Below are positions 38,717 to 48,451 of a stretch of DNA of 64,000 bases, piece by piece. Source of the DNA: Candidatus Dojkabacteria bacterium (GTDB lineage Bacteria; Patescibacteriota; Dojkabacteria; SC72; JAFGCJ01). The position numbers and the translations under genes are program-made. The notes beneath the pieces were generated by a model. It searched no databases and was not told the origin of the DNA. It saw nothing but the letters and a program-made list of their open reading frames with translations. The stretch is from the NCBI GenBank assembly GCA_016932785.1, contig JAFGCJ010000002.1, positions 13,983-77,982 of the forward strand, written 5' to 3'. Within the stretch, counting starts at the first letter, position 1. The number at the start of each line of letters is the position of its first letter.

Positions 38717-39034
38717 ATGCCCAAGACAAAATTAGGTAACTGGTCGATCGGACTTATAATCGCAATGCCCTTTTTGTTTCTTCTCGGCCGATTTTTTATA
38801 GATTTGTTTTACGAGTCGGTATCATCTGGAGATACTATTCTTGAGGATATTGCTAAGAGGCCCGCTTTGGGACTTTCGATGCTTGCTGGAATGGGTTCTG
38901 GAGTCTCAGCCTTTGTTACTGGGCTGATAGCGATCATAAAACAGAAGGAACGGGCGTTACTGGTCTTTGTGTCAACTGTGTTAGGTGCATTGGTGGTTTT
39001 ATTTCTCATAGCTGAAATAGTATATCCACACTGA
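38717..39034 (+). CDS. Small three-TM membrane protein
   Basis: 105 aa, hydrophobic; 'IIKQKERALLVF'. Confidence 0.7.
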   Translation: MPKTKLGNWSIGLIIAMPFLFLLGRFFIDLFYESVSSGDTILEDIAKRPALGLSMLAGMGSGVSAFVTGLIAIIKQKERALLVFVSTVLGALVVLFLIAEIVYPH

Positions 39035-39582
39035 TAGATCGCTACTAATAAATCGCCGGGAATTTATTCTGAAGTAGGTTTCACTTTTCGGCAGTGTAGA
39101 TGCAGTATTTGAACAGACCTCTTAGGGCTAAATTGTAGTACTCTACTCCATTGGTCACGTTGACGAAATACTTTATCAATCTGAGAAAGTTTACATTTTT
39201 GAATTGCATCTCGACGTGTTTGTGCAATCTAATGAATGATTTTGCTGCATTATACCTGATGTCTTACTCCTGAATATTTTTGTATCCAAATTGCATTGTT
39301 TGGACTATGTTGCATAAACAGTCGGGCCTATAGTGTAATCACCATTAAGAGCTGTGGTCATTAAATAGCAACATTTGCTTTTAGCGAAGTGTTGCTTTTT
39401 GACTGCTCTTTTACAATCAAAGGACAGTATGCTCTTCCTGATATTGAAATAATGGCCGTATTAAGTGGATATTTTTAATGTCTTCTTATATCGGTCATTA
39501 ATCGATTCAGAAGGAGGTGATGCGAAAAGAAAAGTTTTGTGGATGTTTTTGGGGTTACTAGAAGAAAGTGGAGGAAAAAGCT

Positions 39583-40104
39583 ATGAAGAAATTGAAAATT
39601 GCGGGTTTGTTTTTTTTGATCCTTGCCGTGGCACTGGCATGTGCGCCTACCGGCGGTGGAGCAGAAGTTCCACCTACCGAGACGCCTGCACCGACTTTGT
39701 CTCCCACTCAGGCTCCGACATTGGGGCCACCTGCGCCCACAAAGGGGCCAGAGATTCAGACTCAGGAGGCAGAGAAACCGGTCGAGACCCCAGAAATTCC
39801 AGGCTATATGCAGACAATAGAGGCTGGGCATGATTTCATAATAAGCCGTAAGTGTCCTCCAGGCAGCGATTCAACTGCCATAGAGCTGTATATCAACTTG
39901 GACGGGTCTGGTCCCAAAGGGGCCAGTATCCGTGGGGTTGATGGTCTCCTCCAAGAAGGAGATGAGATCATCCGTGTCGTTAAATGTAACGATGAGGGAG
40001 AGGGGGTTCCATACCGATTCGGAATGATAATCGAAATTCGGTACAACTCCGTGGACGTCTGGGTATATACTCCCCCTCTACCTGTTCAAGGTTCAGACCT
40101 GTAA
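39583..40104 (+). CDS. Putative lipoprotein with P/T-rich linker
   Basis: GGAGG SD; MKKLKIAGLFFLILAVALA-C lipobox; PTETPAPTLSPT linker; visibly more GC-rich than neighbours. Confidence 0.75.
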   Translation: MKKLKIAGLFFLILAVALACAPTGGGAEVPPTETPAPTLSPTQAPTLGPPAPTKGPEIQTQEAEKPVETPEIPGYMQTIEAGHDFIISRKCPPGSDSTAIELYINLDGSGPKGASIRGVDGLLQEGDEIIRVVKCNDEGEGVPYRFGMIIEIRYNSVDVWVYTPPLPVQGSDL

Positions 40105-40384
40105 ATCAGTATGTAAACCATTGGAAGTCGATCCCAAAACTTTCCCGCCTAGAGCGGATGAATTTGTCGCACTGTCCTTTGGTTTACTAAATCAATCGAA
40201 ATTTTGAGTTTTCTCAGGCCTTTTCCTGTTTCTATCAATTTCTGGAACTCCTCAGTAACATTTTCCTTTTCAAAAAAACTTCAGAGTTACATGCAAAATT
40301 ATAAGTACACTCTTCCCTGTGGTATTTGTGATATTACTTCAGCTATAATAGAGCATAAGTTATCCGGGAAGATTGATTTCAAAA

Positions 40385-41779
40385 ATGCAAGACTTGAAAG
40401 ATAAAATTGCAGACTTTTTAGAGAACGTTCCAATTTCGACAGAGCAGCCAGTTTCTTCTTCATCAATAGGCAAGGATTTGAAAGGTGAGACACTCCATTC
40501 TGTGATTGTCTTTTTACAGTTATTTAACTGTGTAGAAATTAAATCCAAAGGAAAGAAAGCGGGAGAATGGAAAGTTAAGTCGGTATCGCCTACCGCCGAT
40601 TATTTTCTCAGAAGTCTTGCGAGATACATCAGAAAAGAAAATTCCTTGATCAGCTCGTGGGCCAAACTTGGGACAACAGACGAGAAGGGTTCAATATTTG
40701 ATTGGGGGACCAAATATCTTGCTGAAATGGAGAAGCGGCGGACAGTGAAATTTAGTGATAAGTATCCAACGAGGCTGGTTTCAGTTTCACAAGCTATTAT
40801 AAAGGCCCGTGTAAAAGGATATGAGGAACCTCTTTTTCTTGTCCAGCTTGATGAAAAGATAGATCAGTACCAGTTCATTGGAGGCAGGAAAATTGGTTCT
40901 GATAAGGATCTTAAGGCAACTATTGAGAGGGAACTAAGTGAGGAGTTGTATAAGAATGACATGGTAAAAAAACATAATTACACGCTGGAACCTTTAGCTG
41001 AGAATATGAGGCATTATGAGATTTCTCCGACATTCGGAGCCTTTACTGAATATACCTTTTCTATCTATCAGATCATGTTTGCTGAGGAGGATATCAAGCT
41101 TGGCGGAGGAGACATATGGGTCTCTGCAAAAGAATTAGAAGCGGAGCAATCTTATGACGGAAAGCATATTAGGTTAACCTTCGAGCCGGAGAAAGTTATA
41201 GGAAAGACATATGATGAACTCCCCTTGTCCACTGTTCGGGTACAGCCGGAGTTTGCTAGAAAAAAGGCTGCCTCAAAAGATTCCACAGCGAGTGCCCAGA
41301 AGATACAGGATCTTATTTCTGAAGGTGAAAGTACTAATCTTGAATTTAAGGCTACAATTAGGTGGGATAAGAGGAGAAATCAGGTCAACAAAGATTTAGA
41401 GAAGGTTGTTGTCAAAGAAATATCGGCTTTTCTAAATTCCAAAGGAGGAACTCTTTTAATAGGTGTTGACGATGATGGGACTGTAATCGGATTAGGTGAT
41501 GATATCAAGACCCTGCGAAAACAGAATCTGGATGGTTATATGCAGGCTGTAGTTAGTCTTATTTCGGATAACATAGGTGTTCAATATTGCTCTAATGTGG
41601 ACGTTTCTTTTGAAAAAATAAATGGTGACGACATTTGCGTTCTTTCTATACGTAAAGCCTCGGGACCTGTGTTTGTGAAGAATAATGATAAAAAAGAGTT
41701 CTATGTTAGAAGGTCAAATACCTCTAGGCTTCTCGATAGTGAGGAAACTTATAACTATATCCTGCATACTTGGGGCTAG
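40385..41779 (+). CDS. NUDIX-like domain fused to C-terminal Schlafen/AlbA_2 domain
   Basis: 'YQFIGGRK...ATIERELSEEL' Nudix-like box; 'GESTNLEFKAT...ISAFLNSKGGTLLIGVDDDG...FYVRRSNTS' AlbA_2. Confidence 0.85.
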   Translation: MQDLKDKIADFLENVPISTEQPVSSSSIGKDLKGETLHSVIVFLQLFNCVEIKSKGKKAGEWKVKSVSPTADYFLRSLARYIRKENSLISSWAKLGTTDEKGSIFDWGTKYLAEMEKRRTVKFSDKYPTRLVSVSQAIIKARVKGYEEPLFLVQLDEKIDQYQFIGGRKIGSDKDLKATIERELSEELYKNDMVKKHNYTLEPLAENMRHYEISPTFGAFTEYTFSIYQIMFAEEDIKLGGGDIWVSAKELEAEQSYDGKHIRLTFEPEKVIGKTYDELPLSTVRVQPEFARKKAASKDSTASAQKIQDLISEGESTNLEFKATIRWDKRRNQVNKDLEKVVVKEISAFLNSKGGTLLIGVDDDGTVIGLGDDIKTLRKQNLDGYMQAVVSLISDNIGVQYCSNVDVSFEKINGDDICVLSIRKASGPVFVKNNDKKEFYVRRSNTSRLLDSEETYNYILHTWG

Positions 41780-41821
41780 GTCTTTACTGCAAGTTCTAAG
41801 TATCCTATAATGGTTAATTAA

Positions 41822-42349
41822 ATGATATCAGGAAATGCTTCAAAACCAAAATTAAGAATACTTATTGTTGATGATGATAAGGGCTGGAGAGAAATTCTTT
41901 CTGATGTAGTCAGTAGAAAATTTTTAGAGTCAGAGTCCGCTGATAAGTACGAACTTGAATTAGTAGTCATCGAGCCTGGTGAAGGCGAAGGTAAACATAT
42001 GGAAGGACGAAAATATATAGAAAGAGCTAGAGATGTTTTGCGTGCAGGCGGTATTCATGGTGCTCTTATTGACTGGAATGTGGGTGATCAAGGAGATATC
42101 TTTATTCCTAAAGAAGATAAGGTCTATACTGGAGAGTTATTGAAGGAGGTTTATGGTATGCGTATCCCTTTGATAGCTGTAACCGGGAGTGGTAAATCGT
42201 TTACTAATTTTGAGGCTCAGTTAATGGAGCAAGGTATAGGACTTGATTCAATAAGAAAGAATACTGTTAGTACATCGGATCCTATTTTCCAGCAATTTAT
42301 TGAGGGAGCCATTTCGCTTTGTGATCAAGAGCTTAAGGGGGGGTATTGA
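41822..42349 (+). CDS. Stand-alone response-regulator receiver domain protein
   Basis: 'ILIVDDD', 'LIDWN', 'IAVTGS', 'IRK'; no output domain or adjacent kinase. Confidence 0.7.
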   Translation: MISGNASKPKLRILIVDDDKGWREILSDVVSRKFLESESADKYELELVVIEPGEGEGKHMEGRKYIERARDVLRAGGIHGALIDWNVGDQGDIFIPKEDKVYTGELLKEVYGMRIPLIAVTGSGKSFTNFEAQLMEQGIGLDSIRKNTVSTSDPIFQQFIEGAISLCDQELKGGY

Positions 42350-42435
42350 AGGATCCGTTTCAAGTATTGAGAGTTAGTACTGCTCTTGAAGTTTTGTCTT
42401 AGAAGAAGTTCGAAATTTTTTGCCTGATTAGATTC

Positions 42436-42886
42436 TTATTCTTTATTTTTAAATTCCAGGGCTAAGGAGTTTATGCAATATCGGTGTCCTGTCGGCTCTG
42501 GGCCGTCGTCGAATTTGTGACCGAGGTGAGCTCCGCATTTTGAGCAGGTTACTTCTGTTCTATTCATGCTGTAGGAAGTGTCGGGCTGTTCTGTTACGGT
42601 GGCATTGTTTATTGGCTGAAAGAAACTTGGCCATCCGGATTTAGAGTCGTATTTGGCCTCAGACGAAAAAAGTTGCTGACCGCAGTTTACACAGCTATAT
42701 GTCCCCTTTTGGAAATTTTTATAATATTTTCCGCTTCCTGGTGGTTCAGTTCCTTTCAGAAAACAAATGTTGTACTGTTCGTCAGTTAGTTTGGGATTTG
42801 TCTTTCTCAGCAGAATTGCTTGAAAAGTTATTTACCAATATTATTTGTTCATTTGTTGGGGGGTTATTGAATTCTTTCTTGTCCAT
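42436..42886 (-). CDS. msrB: Peptide-methionine (R)-S-oxide reductase; frameshifted or non-canonical start
   Basis: Frame 42436-42831 reads KLTDEQYNICFLKGTEPPGSG...YSCVNCGQQLFSSEAKYDSKSGWPSFF...RTEVTCSKCGAHLGHKFDDGPEPTGHRYCINSLAL; ATG at 42886 is in another frame. Confidence 0.9.
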
Positions 42887-42988
42887 AGTTACCGGATAGT
42901 AAGATGATTTTATCTATTGTAGAACTTTTATAAAAATAATTGAAGGATCTGTGCAGTAATAATGATTGGTTCTGCTATAATCGATTCT

Positions 42989-43771
42989 GTGCAAAAAAAG
43001 AAGCTATCATACAAAACTGATGACGACATAGATCTAGTTGGAATTCTAACCAGGCCACCTACCCCTTCTTCTGAAAAGGGTTGTGTGATCATGTGTCATG
43101 GAATCACTGTCGACAAGGATGAAGGAGGCACTTTTGTTGGATTATCAAAAAGTCTATATGAGAATGACTTCTCTTCTTTTCGTTTCGATTATCGTGGACA
43201 CGGAGAAAGTGGTGGTAAGCCTGCGGAGATGACTATTACTGGGGAACACAGAGATCTTCAGGCTACAATCAGATTAGTTAGAGAATTGGGGTATCGGAAG
43301 CTATTTTTGCTTGGTGCGAGTTTCGCTTGCGGATCGGTGGCTTTGGAGCTTTCACAAAACGAGGATGATTTTGAGGCAGTTGTGTTGTGGAATCCTGTTG
43401 TGGATTATGAAAGCCTGCTTGAACCTAGATTACCTTGGTCAAAAAAATATTTCGGTCCTGTTGCTGAAAAGAGGGCCAAAGAAAAGGGATACACAAAGGT
43501 CGGCAGTCACGAATTTCCTGTAGGATATAAGCTCTTCAAAGAGATGAGAGAAATTAATCTGTGCGGTCTACTTTCAAGGGTAAGACTTCCGATTCTTTTT
43601 ATTCATGGGGATTGCGATACATATATTCCATATGAAGATACCAAAAAGTGTTCCGAGCTTGTTGAGAATGGCGAGTTATATATAGCTCAAGGTTCAGAAC
43701 ATGGATTTCACGATGAGAATATTCTGGCTGTAGTGATCAAAAAGACTGTGGGTTTCTTTGATATATCCTAG
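42989..43771 (+). CDS. Alpha/beta hydrolase
   Basis: MCHG, RFDYRGHGESGG, GASFA nucleophile elbow, IHGDCD, SEHGF; GTG start 7 nt after TGnTATAAT. Confidence 0.92.
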   Translation: MQKKKLSYKTDDDIDLVGILTRPPTPSSEKGCVIMCHGITVDKDEGGTFVGLSKSLYENDFSSFRFDYRGHGESGGKPAEMTITGEHRDLQATIRLVRELGYRKLFLLGASFACGSVALELSQNEDDFEAVVLWNPVVDYESLLEPRLPWSKKYFGPVAEKRAKEKGYTKVGSHEFPVGYKLFKEMREINLCGLLSRVRLPILFIHGDCDTYIPYEDTKKCSELVENGELYIAQGSEHGFHDENILAVVIKKTVGFFDIS

Positions 43772-43841
43772 ATCTGGAAGTCTGAGAACTTATGCTTTTG
43801 TGTGTTTCAATCTTACCTCTTTATGTTATTATGGATTTAAC

Positions 43842-44348
43842 GTGAGAAGAATTTTAGACCGAAAACTAGGAATGCTACGCAATGCAATATTCGGAGTACA
43901 AGATAGTCTTGGTTCGACTTGTGGTTTTTTGTCTGGTGTGGCAGTGAGTGGTGCAGAGAAGAGATATATCCTGGTTTCAGGAGTGGTTCTGATATTCGTT
44001 GAGGCTTTTTCTATGGCTGTTGGCACATTGATTTCTGAGCACTCGATTGAAGAATTTAATGAGAAAAAAAGCTTGAATATTTTTAGATCGATTAGAAACT
44101 CAGGTGTGATGTTTTTTTCGTATTTTGTTGCAGGGTTTATACCGCTTGTACCCTATTTGATTTTTGATGAGAGGATACGACTTTATATTTCTATAGTATT
44201 CTCTGTTTTGGTGTTGGTGTTATTGGCCATTGTTAATTCAAAACTTCTCGGGTTGAAGGTTGTCCATCATTTGATTGAAATTGTAGTTGTAGGATCGATA
44301 GCAATAGTTGCAGGAGTGATTATTGGGGGACTTGTTTCGGTTGGGTGA
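43842..44348 (+). CDS. VIT1/CCC1 family transporter
   Basis: 'IFGVQDSLGST...EAFSMAVG...SYFVAGFIPLVPY'. Confidence 0.88.
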   Translation: MRRILDRKLGMLRNAIFGVQDSLGSTCGFLSGVAVSGAEKRYILVSGVVLIFVEAFSMAVGTLISEHSIEEFNEKKSLNIFRSIRNSGVMFFSYFVAGFIPLVPYLIFDERIRLYISIVFSVLVLVLLAIVNSKLLGLKVVHHLIEIVVVGSIAIVAGVIIGGLVSVG

Positions 44349-44352
44349 TTGT

Positions 44353-44490
44353 TTACTTCGAAACCTCTAGAATGTCCAATTGTTAAGAGAAATTCTTAAT
44401 AATGTAGTCAGGTTTATGCCCTTTTTTCTTTGTAAGCCTTTTTCCATCAGGATTAAACCAGGCTGTGTCTATCCCTACTTTCTGAATTTC
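44353..44490 (-). pseudogene. C-terminal relic of a YjjG-like HAD hydrolase
   Basis: Translates QKVGIDTAWFNPDGKRLTKKKGHKPDYIIKNFS*QLDILEVSK*, with an internal stop and no N-terminal part. Confidence 0.65.
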
Positions 44491-44585
44491 AATATTTATA
44501 GTCTATCTTTTGGTCTGATTCAAATGTATTTTTAACCTTTTTAAGTGATTGACTTATATTGAGCTAAAATACTACACTTTAAGCT

Positions 44586-45266
44586 ATGGATTCAATTAAG
44601 GAAGCCGAGAAAAAATTAGCAGGAAGAAAGGCACCGGAATTTTTGAAAAATGGTATGGTCGTTGGATTAGGTTCAGGCAGTACCGTTCCCTACGCAATCG
44701 AACGGATAGCGGAGCTGGTCTCTCAGGGTTTACAGATAACGATGGTCTCGACTTCGAACAAGACTAGTGCCTTGGCAAAAAAGTGCAAACTTGAGATCTC
44801 CGGTATCGACTCTATAGATAGAATCGATGTGACAATCGATGGAGCCGACGAAGTAGATCCTAACATGCGAGGGATAAAAGGAGGAAAAGGTGCGCTTCTT
44901 TTTGAGAAAATTGTTGCCTCTATTTCGGATAAAAACATCTGGATTGTGGACTCAAGTAAACTTGTTGAAAAATTAGGTAAGTTTCCTTTATCGGTTGAGG
45001 TTGTTCCATTTGGTCTAAAGACTGTATTGGCAGAATTCCAAAGAAGAGGTTTTAAATCTGAGATTAGGGTACGTGAAGGAGAAAAATACTTGACTGATAG
45101 CGGGAATTATATTGTTGATCTTCATCTTGGCTCGATCGAAAATCCAGAAGAACTTGATGTGGAACTGAATATGATTCCAGGGGTTGTCGAGAATGGGTTG
45201 TTTGTTGGCTATGCTGATATGGTGATTGTTGGAAGGGGTAAGGAAACAGAGATTACTAGTCGCTAG
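44586..45266 (+). CDS. rpiA: Ribose-5-phosphate isomerase A
   Basis: GLGSGST, DGADEVD, KGGKGALLFEK, TDSGNYIVD, PGVVENGLF. Confidence 0.96.
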   Translation: MDSIKEAEKKLAGRKAPEFLKNGMVVGLGSGSTVPYAIERIAELVSQGLQITMVSTSNKTSALAKKCKLEISGIDSIDRIDVTIDGADEVDPNMRGIKGGKGALLFEKIVASISDKNIWIVDSSKLVEKLGKFPLSVEVVPFGLKTVLAEFQRRGFKSEIRVREGEKYLTDSGNYIVDLHLGSIENPEELDVELNMIPGVVENGLFVGYADMVIVGRGKETEITSR

Positions 45267-45320
45267 TGGCTGGATGTTTCTGTAGATCAATATTTTGATT
45301 AATGACTTCCAGTCTGATTC

Positions 45321-45959
45321 CTAGATCCTTCCGCCGCATTCCGGACAAAACTTCGTATCAGCTTCAATCTCTTTTCCACACTTGGGGCACTTAATAGTCG
45401 AAGACAATTTCTCACCACATTCTCCGCAGAATTTCGCGTGAGCCTCTATTGTTGCACCGCATTTGGGACAAGTCGCTACTTTAGCGTCGTCCCAGTCTTT
45501 TTCTGATAGATGTTTGTCTTTTTTTGCCATTCTTGCGTGTGCGAATGCCTCTTCCTTTGAATGTTGCGCTTGGGCGGCAGCCATCTCCTCCCCTAGTTCG
45601 GGTGCGCATTGTTTGCATAAACCCCTGTCCTCATTCCAGCAGACTTCTTTGCAAACCCACGTCCCACATCTTTTACACTGTGCAAATTTAGGACTTATTT
45701 CTTGTACAGCCTTCTTGAGTGCCTTGTCGTGCTGGGGTCCTGCGGCCATCCTGTGAATATCGTCTGATGTTGATGCTAAGTTTGAAGCTGTTCCACCAAG
45801 GAAACCTCCTACTATACCTAGTGCACCAGAGACCACACCTGTTGCCGATTTTTGAAATGTACTCATATAACCATTTCCGCACCTTTCACATATGAATTTG
45901 AATTGATAGCCTTTGTCGGTGGATAGGTCTTGGTAGTTATCTGTAAAGGGAATGTCCAT
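45321..45959 (-). CDS. Multi zinc-ribbon (double zinc ribbon) protein
   Basis: Repeated CxxC motifs incl. CPKCG...KFCGECG...CPKCG...KFCPECG. Confidence 0.88.
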   Translation of the reverse strand: MDIPFTDNYQDLSTDKGYQFKFICERCGNGYMSTFQKSATGVVSGALGIVGGFLGGTASNLASTSDDIHRMAAGPQHDKALKKAVQEISPKFAQCKRCGTWVCKEVCWNEDRGLCKQCAPELGEEMAAAQAQHSKEEAFAHARMAKKDKHLSEKDWDDAKVATCPKCGATIEAHAKFCGECGEKLSSTIKCPKCGKEIEADTKFCPECGGRI

Positions 45960-46145
45960 TTTTCTAAGGGTAAAAACTTATCTAGCTCTTCGAAGAACTT
46001 AATTATTTATAGAATCGGCTAGTACAAAATATTTTATGTCATATGGCTCACTTCATCAATGGTCTGTTTTTTAATATTGTTCACACAATCTTCACAGGTT
46101 ATATGTTTTATTCATTGTTTGATCTCGTAAGGTGAATGTATTATT

Positions 46146-46835
46146 ATGAGTTTTATTATGAAGTGGAGATTTCTAACAATATTGACGGTTGCCATTGCTG
46201 GTCTCATTGCCCTTCCTGTGGCTGCTTTGGCATGGGACGACTGTCCTCATGGTGAGGTGAATGATGAGTATCCAGGTGACTGTCCAAGGTATGTAGATAC
46301 TGATGGTGATGGGATCTGTGATAGGAGCCAACCTGCTCCCGAGGACAGAGTTACTGAAGAGGAGACCTATGGGCAAGATATTGAAAGCACAACGGAGATT
46401 ATTGCGAGGCGAAATACAGATTCCAGTAATAATGAAACCTCCGATAGTTCTGCTGATTCTGGAAATAGCTCCTCGAGTAAGGGAAAAAAGTCTTCTCACT
46501 ATAATTTTGTAGTTCCCTTTTTTACGTCCTTGGTACTCTATCTGATTTCTTGGTATCTTGCTAAGAGTAAGAAAATTGAAAGATATATCATGCCTATTCA
46601 CAATGGGATTTGGAATACGGTTCTACTTGTCTCTCTCATTCCGTCGGTAGCATTTGGTTTTTATTTAGTGCTCCGATATGCCTTCCCTGAGATAAGGATC
46701 AGCTACTTTGATTTTCTGTATTGGCATGTGGAAGGTTCCATTGTCATGGGGACCGTGGCTATTATGCACCTCATTCAAAGGCTTACTACCTATATAGGAC
46801 AGTTAAAACTAGCTGGAAGACTGCTAGGAAAATAA
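46146..46835 (+). CDS. Membrane protein with Cys-rich 'DCPxG..C..YVDTDGDGICD' extracellular motif and His-bearing TM helices (DUF4405-like)
   Basis: Signal peptide, Cys/Ca-binding-like motif, TM region with WHVE...MH. Confidence 0.7.
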   Translation: MSFIMKWRFLTILTVAIAGLIALPVAALAWDDCPHGEVNDEYPGDCPRYVDTDGDGICDRSQPAPEDRVTEEETYGQDIESTTEIIARRNTDSSNNETSDSSADSGNSSSSKGKKSSHYNFVVPFFTSLVLYLISWYLAKSKKIERYIMPIHNGIWNTVLLVSLIPSVAFGFYLVLRYAFPEIRISYFDFLYWHVEGSIVMGTVAIMHLIQRLTTYIGQLKLAGRLLGK

Positions 46836-46879
46836 GCATATCCTGTAAATTTGGCTGGAGATTTCTATCAAAGGTTTCT

Positions 46880-47137
46880 CTATGAGCCAGCCTCCTTTTC
46901 CATTTTGTCGAGTCTATCATAGTAATCTGGAAGTTCTTTAAGGTGTGCAAGTGCTATTTTACCTGTCATTATAAGATCGTCATTTGTTACATTTGTCTCA
47001 GGATCATGACTTCCGTGCTCAAGTTCGACGTTCATTCCCATGAGGAATTGTTGAAGATCGAATTTATCGAATGTAATGCCTAGCTGCTCTGCGACACTGG
47101 CGGCTTCTTCCTCGGTGATCTGTTTTGTGACGCTCAT
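46880..47137 (-). CDS. DUF5661-like small protein
   Basis: 'GMNVELEHG...TGKIALAHLKELPDYYDRL'. Confidence 0.8.
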   Translation of the reverse strand: MSVTKQITEEEAASVAEQLGITFDKFDLQQFLMGMNVELEHGSHDPETNVTNDDLIMTGKIALAHLKELPDYYDRLDKMEKEAGS

Positions 47138-47322
47138 CTTTATGATTGAATGAATTTATATAACTACATGATAACACTTATACTGGAGTTTTTGGTGAAG
47201 ATCTTATTGATTGGAACGGGAGGTAATTAAAACAAATACGGAGTTTGCCTCAAACAAAAACTTATGAGATTGTGCTATGATGAAATATCCTATCAATACT
47301 TAATTTTTAATTTCATTAATAA

Positions 47323-47886
47323 ATGAGTAAAAATAAGAAGACACTACTGGTTGTTTTGGTTACGGTGGCTCTTCTTCTAGGGGGAGCTATGCTTATGGTT
47401 CAGCAGGCGGATGCCGCGGTACCAGGAGACTTTCTGTATGGGGTTGACCGGGCATATGAGAGTTTTCAGCGAGGTATAAGGTTCTCCGATGAGGCAAAAG
47501 CAGATTTTGAGCTTGAGCTTCTATCTGAGCGGATGTCTGAGCTCGATGAGGTTAGTAAAAATGATGAAGATCTTGTCGATGAAGCTGTTGAAAATCTTGA
47601 TGATCAGCGTGTAAGGACCGAGGAATGTGTTCGCGAAATGGAGGATAATGAAAATTCTGATGAGGGAGAACTCGAGCGTATTAGAAATAGATATGAAGAA
47701 GAGGTTCAGGATCAGTATGAGAATATGGAACAGGTACAGGAAAAGGTTCAGAATAACGGTGATGAAAGCCAGATAGAAACAGTTAATAAGGTTATGGAGA
47801 ACTATAAGAAGGAAGTCGATAGTTTTGGGAATGGTTCTCAGAATAAGCAGAATGATAATGGTAAGGGTAATTCTGGTAGTGATTAG
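47323..47886 (+). CDS. DUF5667-like secreted acidic helical protein
   Basis: Signal peptide then 'AVPGDFLYGVDRAYE...ERMSE'. Confidence 0.75.
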   Translation: MSKNKKTLLVVLVTVALLLGGAMLMVQQADAAVPGDFLYGVDRAYESFQRGIRFSDEAKADFELELLSERMSELDEVSKNDEDLVDEAVENLDDQRVRTEECVREMEDNENSDEGELERIRNRYEEEVQDQYENMEQVQEKVQNNGDESQIETVNKVMENYKKEVDSFGNGSQNKQNDNGKGNSGSD

Positions 47887-48001
47887 TGTGACTGGTTTTT
47901 ACAATAAGAGCAGGTGATCTATGTTGTAGGTCTCAGTTTTTTGATATGTTTGACTTCATGATATATCTAGGTGGGTTAAGATATTCGTAGTAATCTTTTA
48001 G

Positions 48002-48442
48002 TTGCACATTTTGGATCATGTCGCAATAATGAAAAAATCCTGGGGGCTAACCCAGAAAATACTTAAGGGTGAGAAGACAATAGAAACTCGGTGGTATAGG
48101 AGAAGAGCTAGACCTTGGGATTGTGTAAGCAAGGGAGATACTGTTTACTTTAAAGACTCAGGAGAGTCTGTTTCCGTAAAAGCGGTGGTTGCAGATGTTG
48201 AGCAATATGAGGATCTAGATGAGGAAAAAATTTCGGGACTTCTTGAAAGGTATGGTGAGCGTGATCTTGGCACGACTCACATTTCAGACGAGATAAAAGA
48301 CTATGTTCGTCACAAGAGATATCTTGTTGTGATTCATCTTAAATCAGTGAGAAAAGTGAAGCCGTTTGATATTGATAAGAAGGGTTTCGGTATGATGTCG
48401 GCGTGGTTGTGTGTTGGAGATATTGACTCGGTCAAAACTTGA
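48002..48442 (+). CDS. ASCH/PUA-like domain protein
   Basis: 'ILKGEKTIETR...GDTVYFK'. Confidence 0.8.
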   Translation: MHILDHVAIMKKSWGLTQKILKGEKTIETRWYRRRARPWDCVSKGDTVYFKDSGESVSVKAVVADVEQYEDLDEEKISGLLERYGERDLGTTHISDEIKDYVRHKRYLVVIHLKSVRKVKPFDIDKKGFGMMSAWLCVGDIDSVKT

Positions 48443-48451
48443 GTGTGGATC

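Noticed and set aside
39081-39209. 42-codon minus-strand ORF (MQFKNVNFLRLIKYF...) in the long intergenic region
   Set aside because: No recognisable motif or translation signal; cannot be supported.
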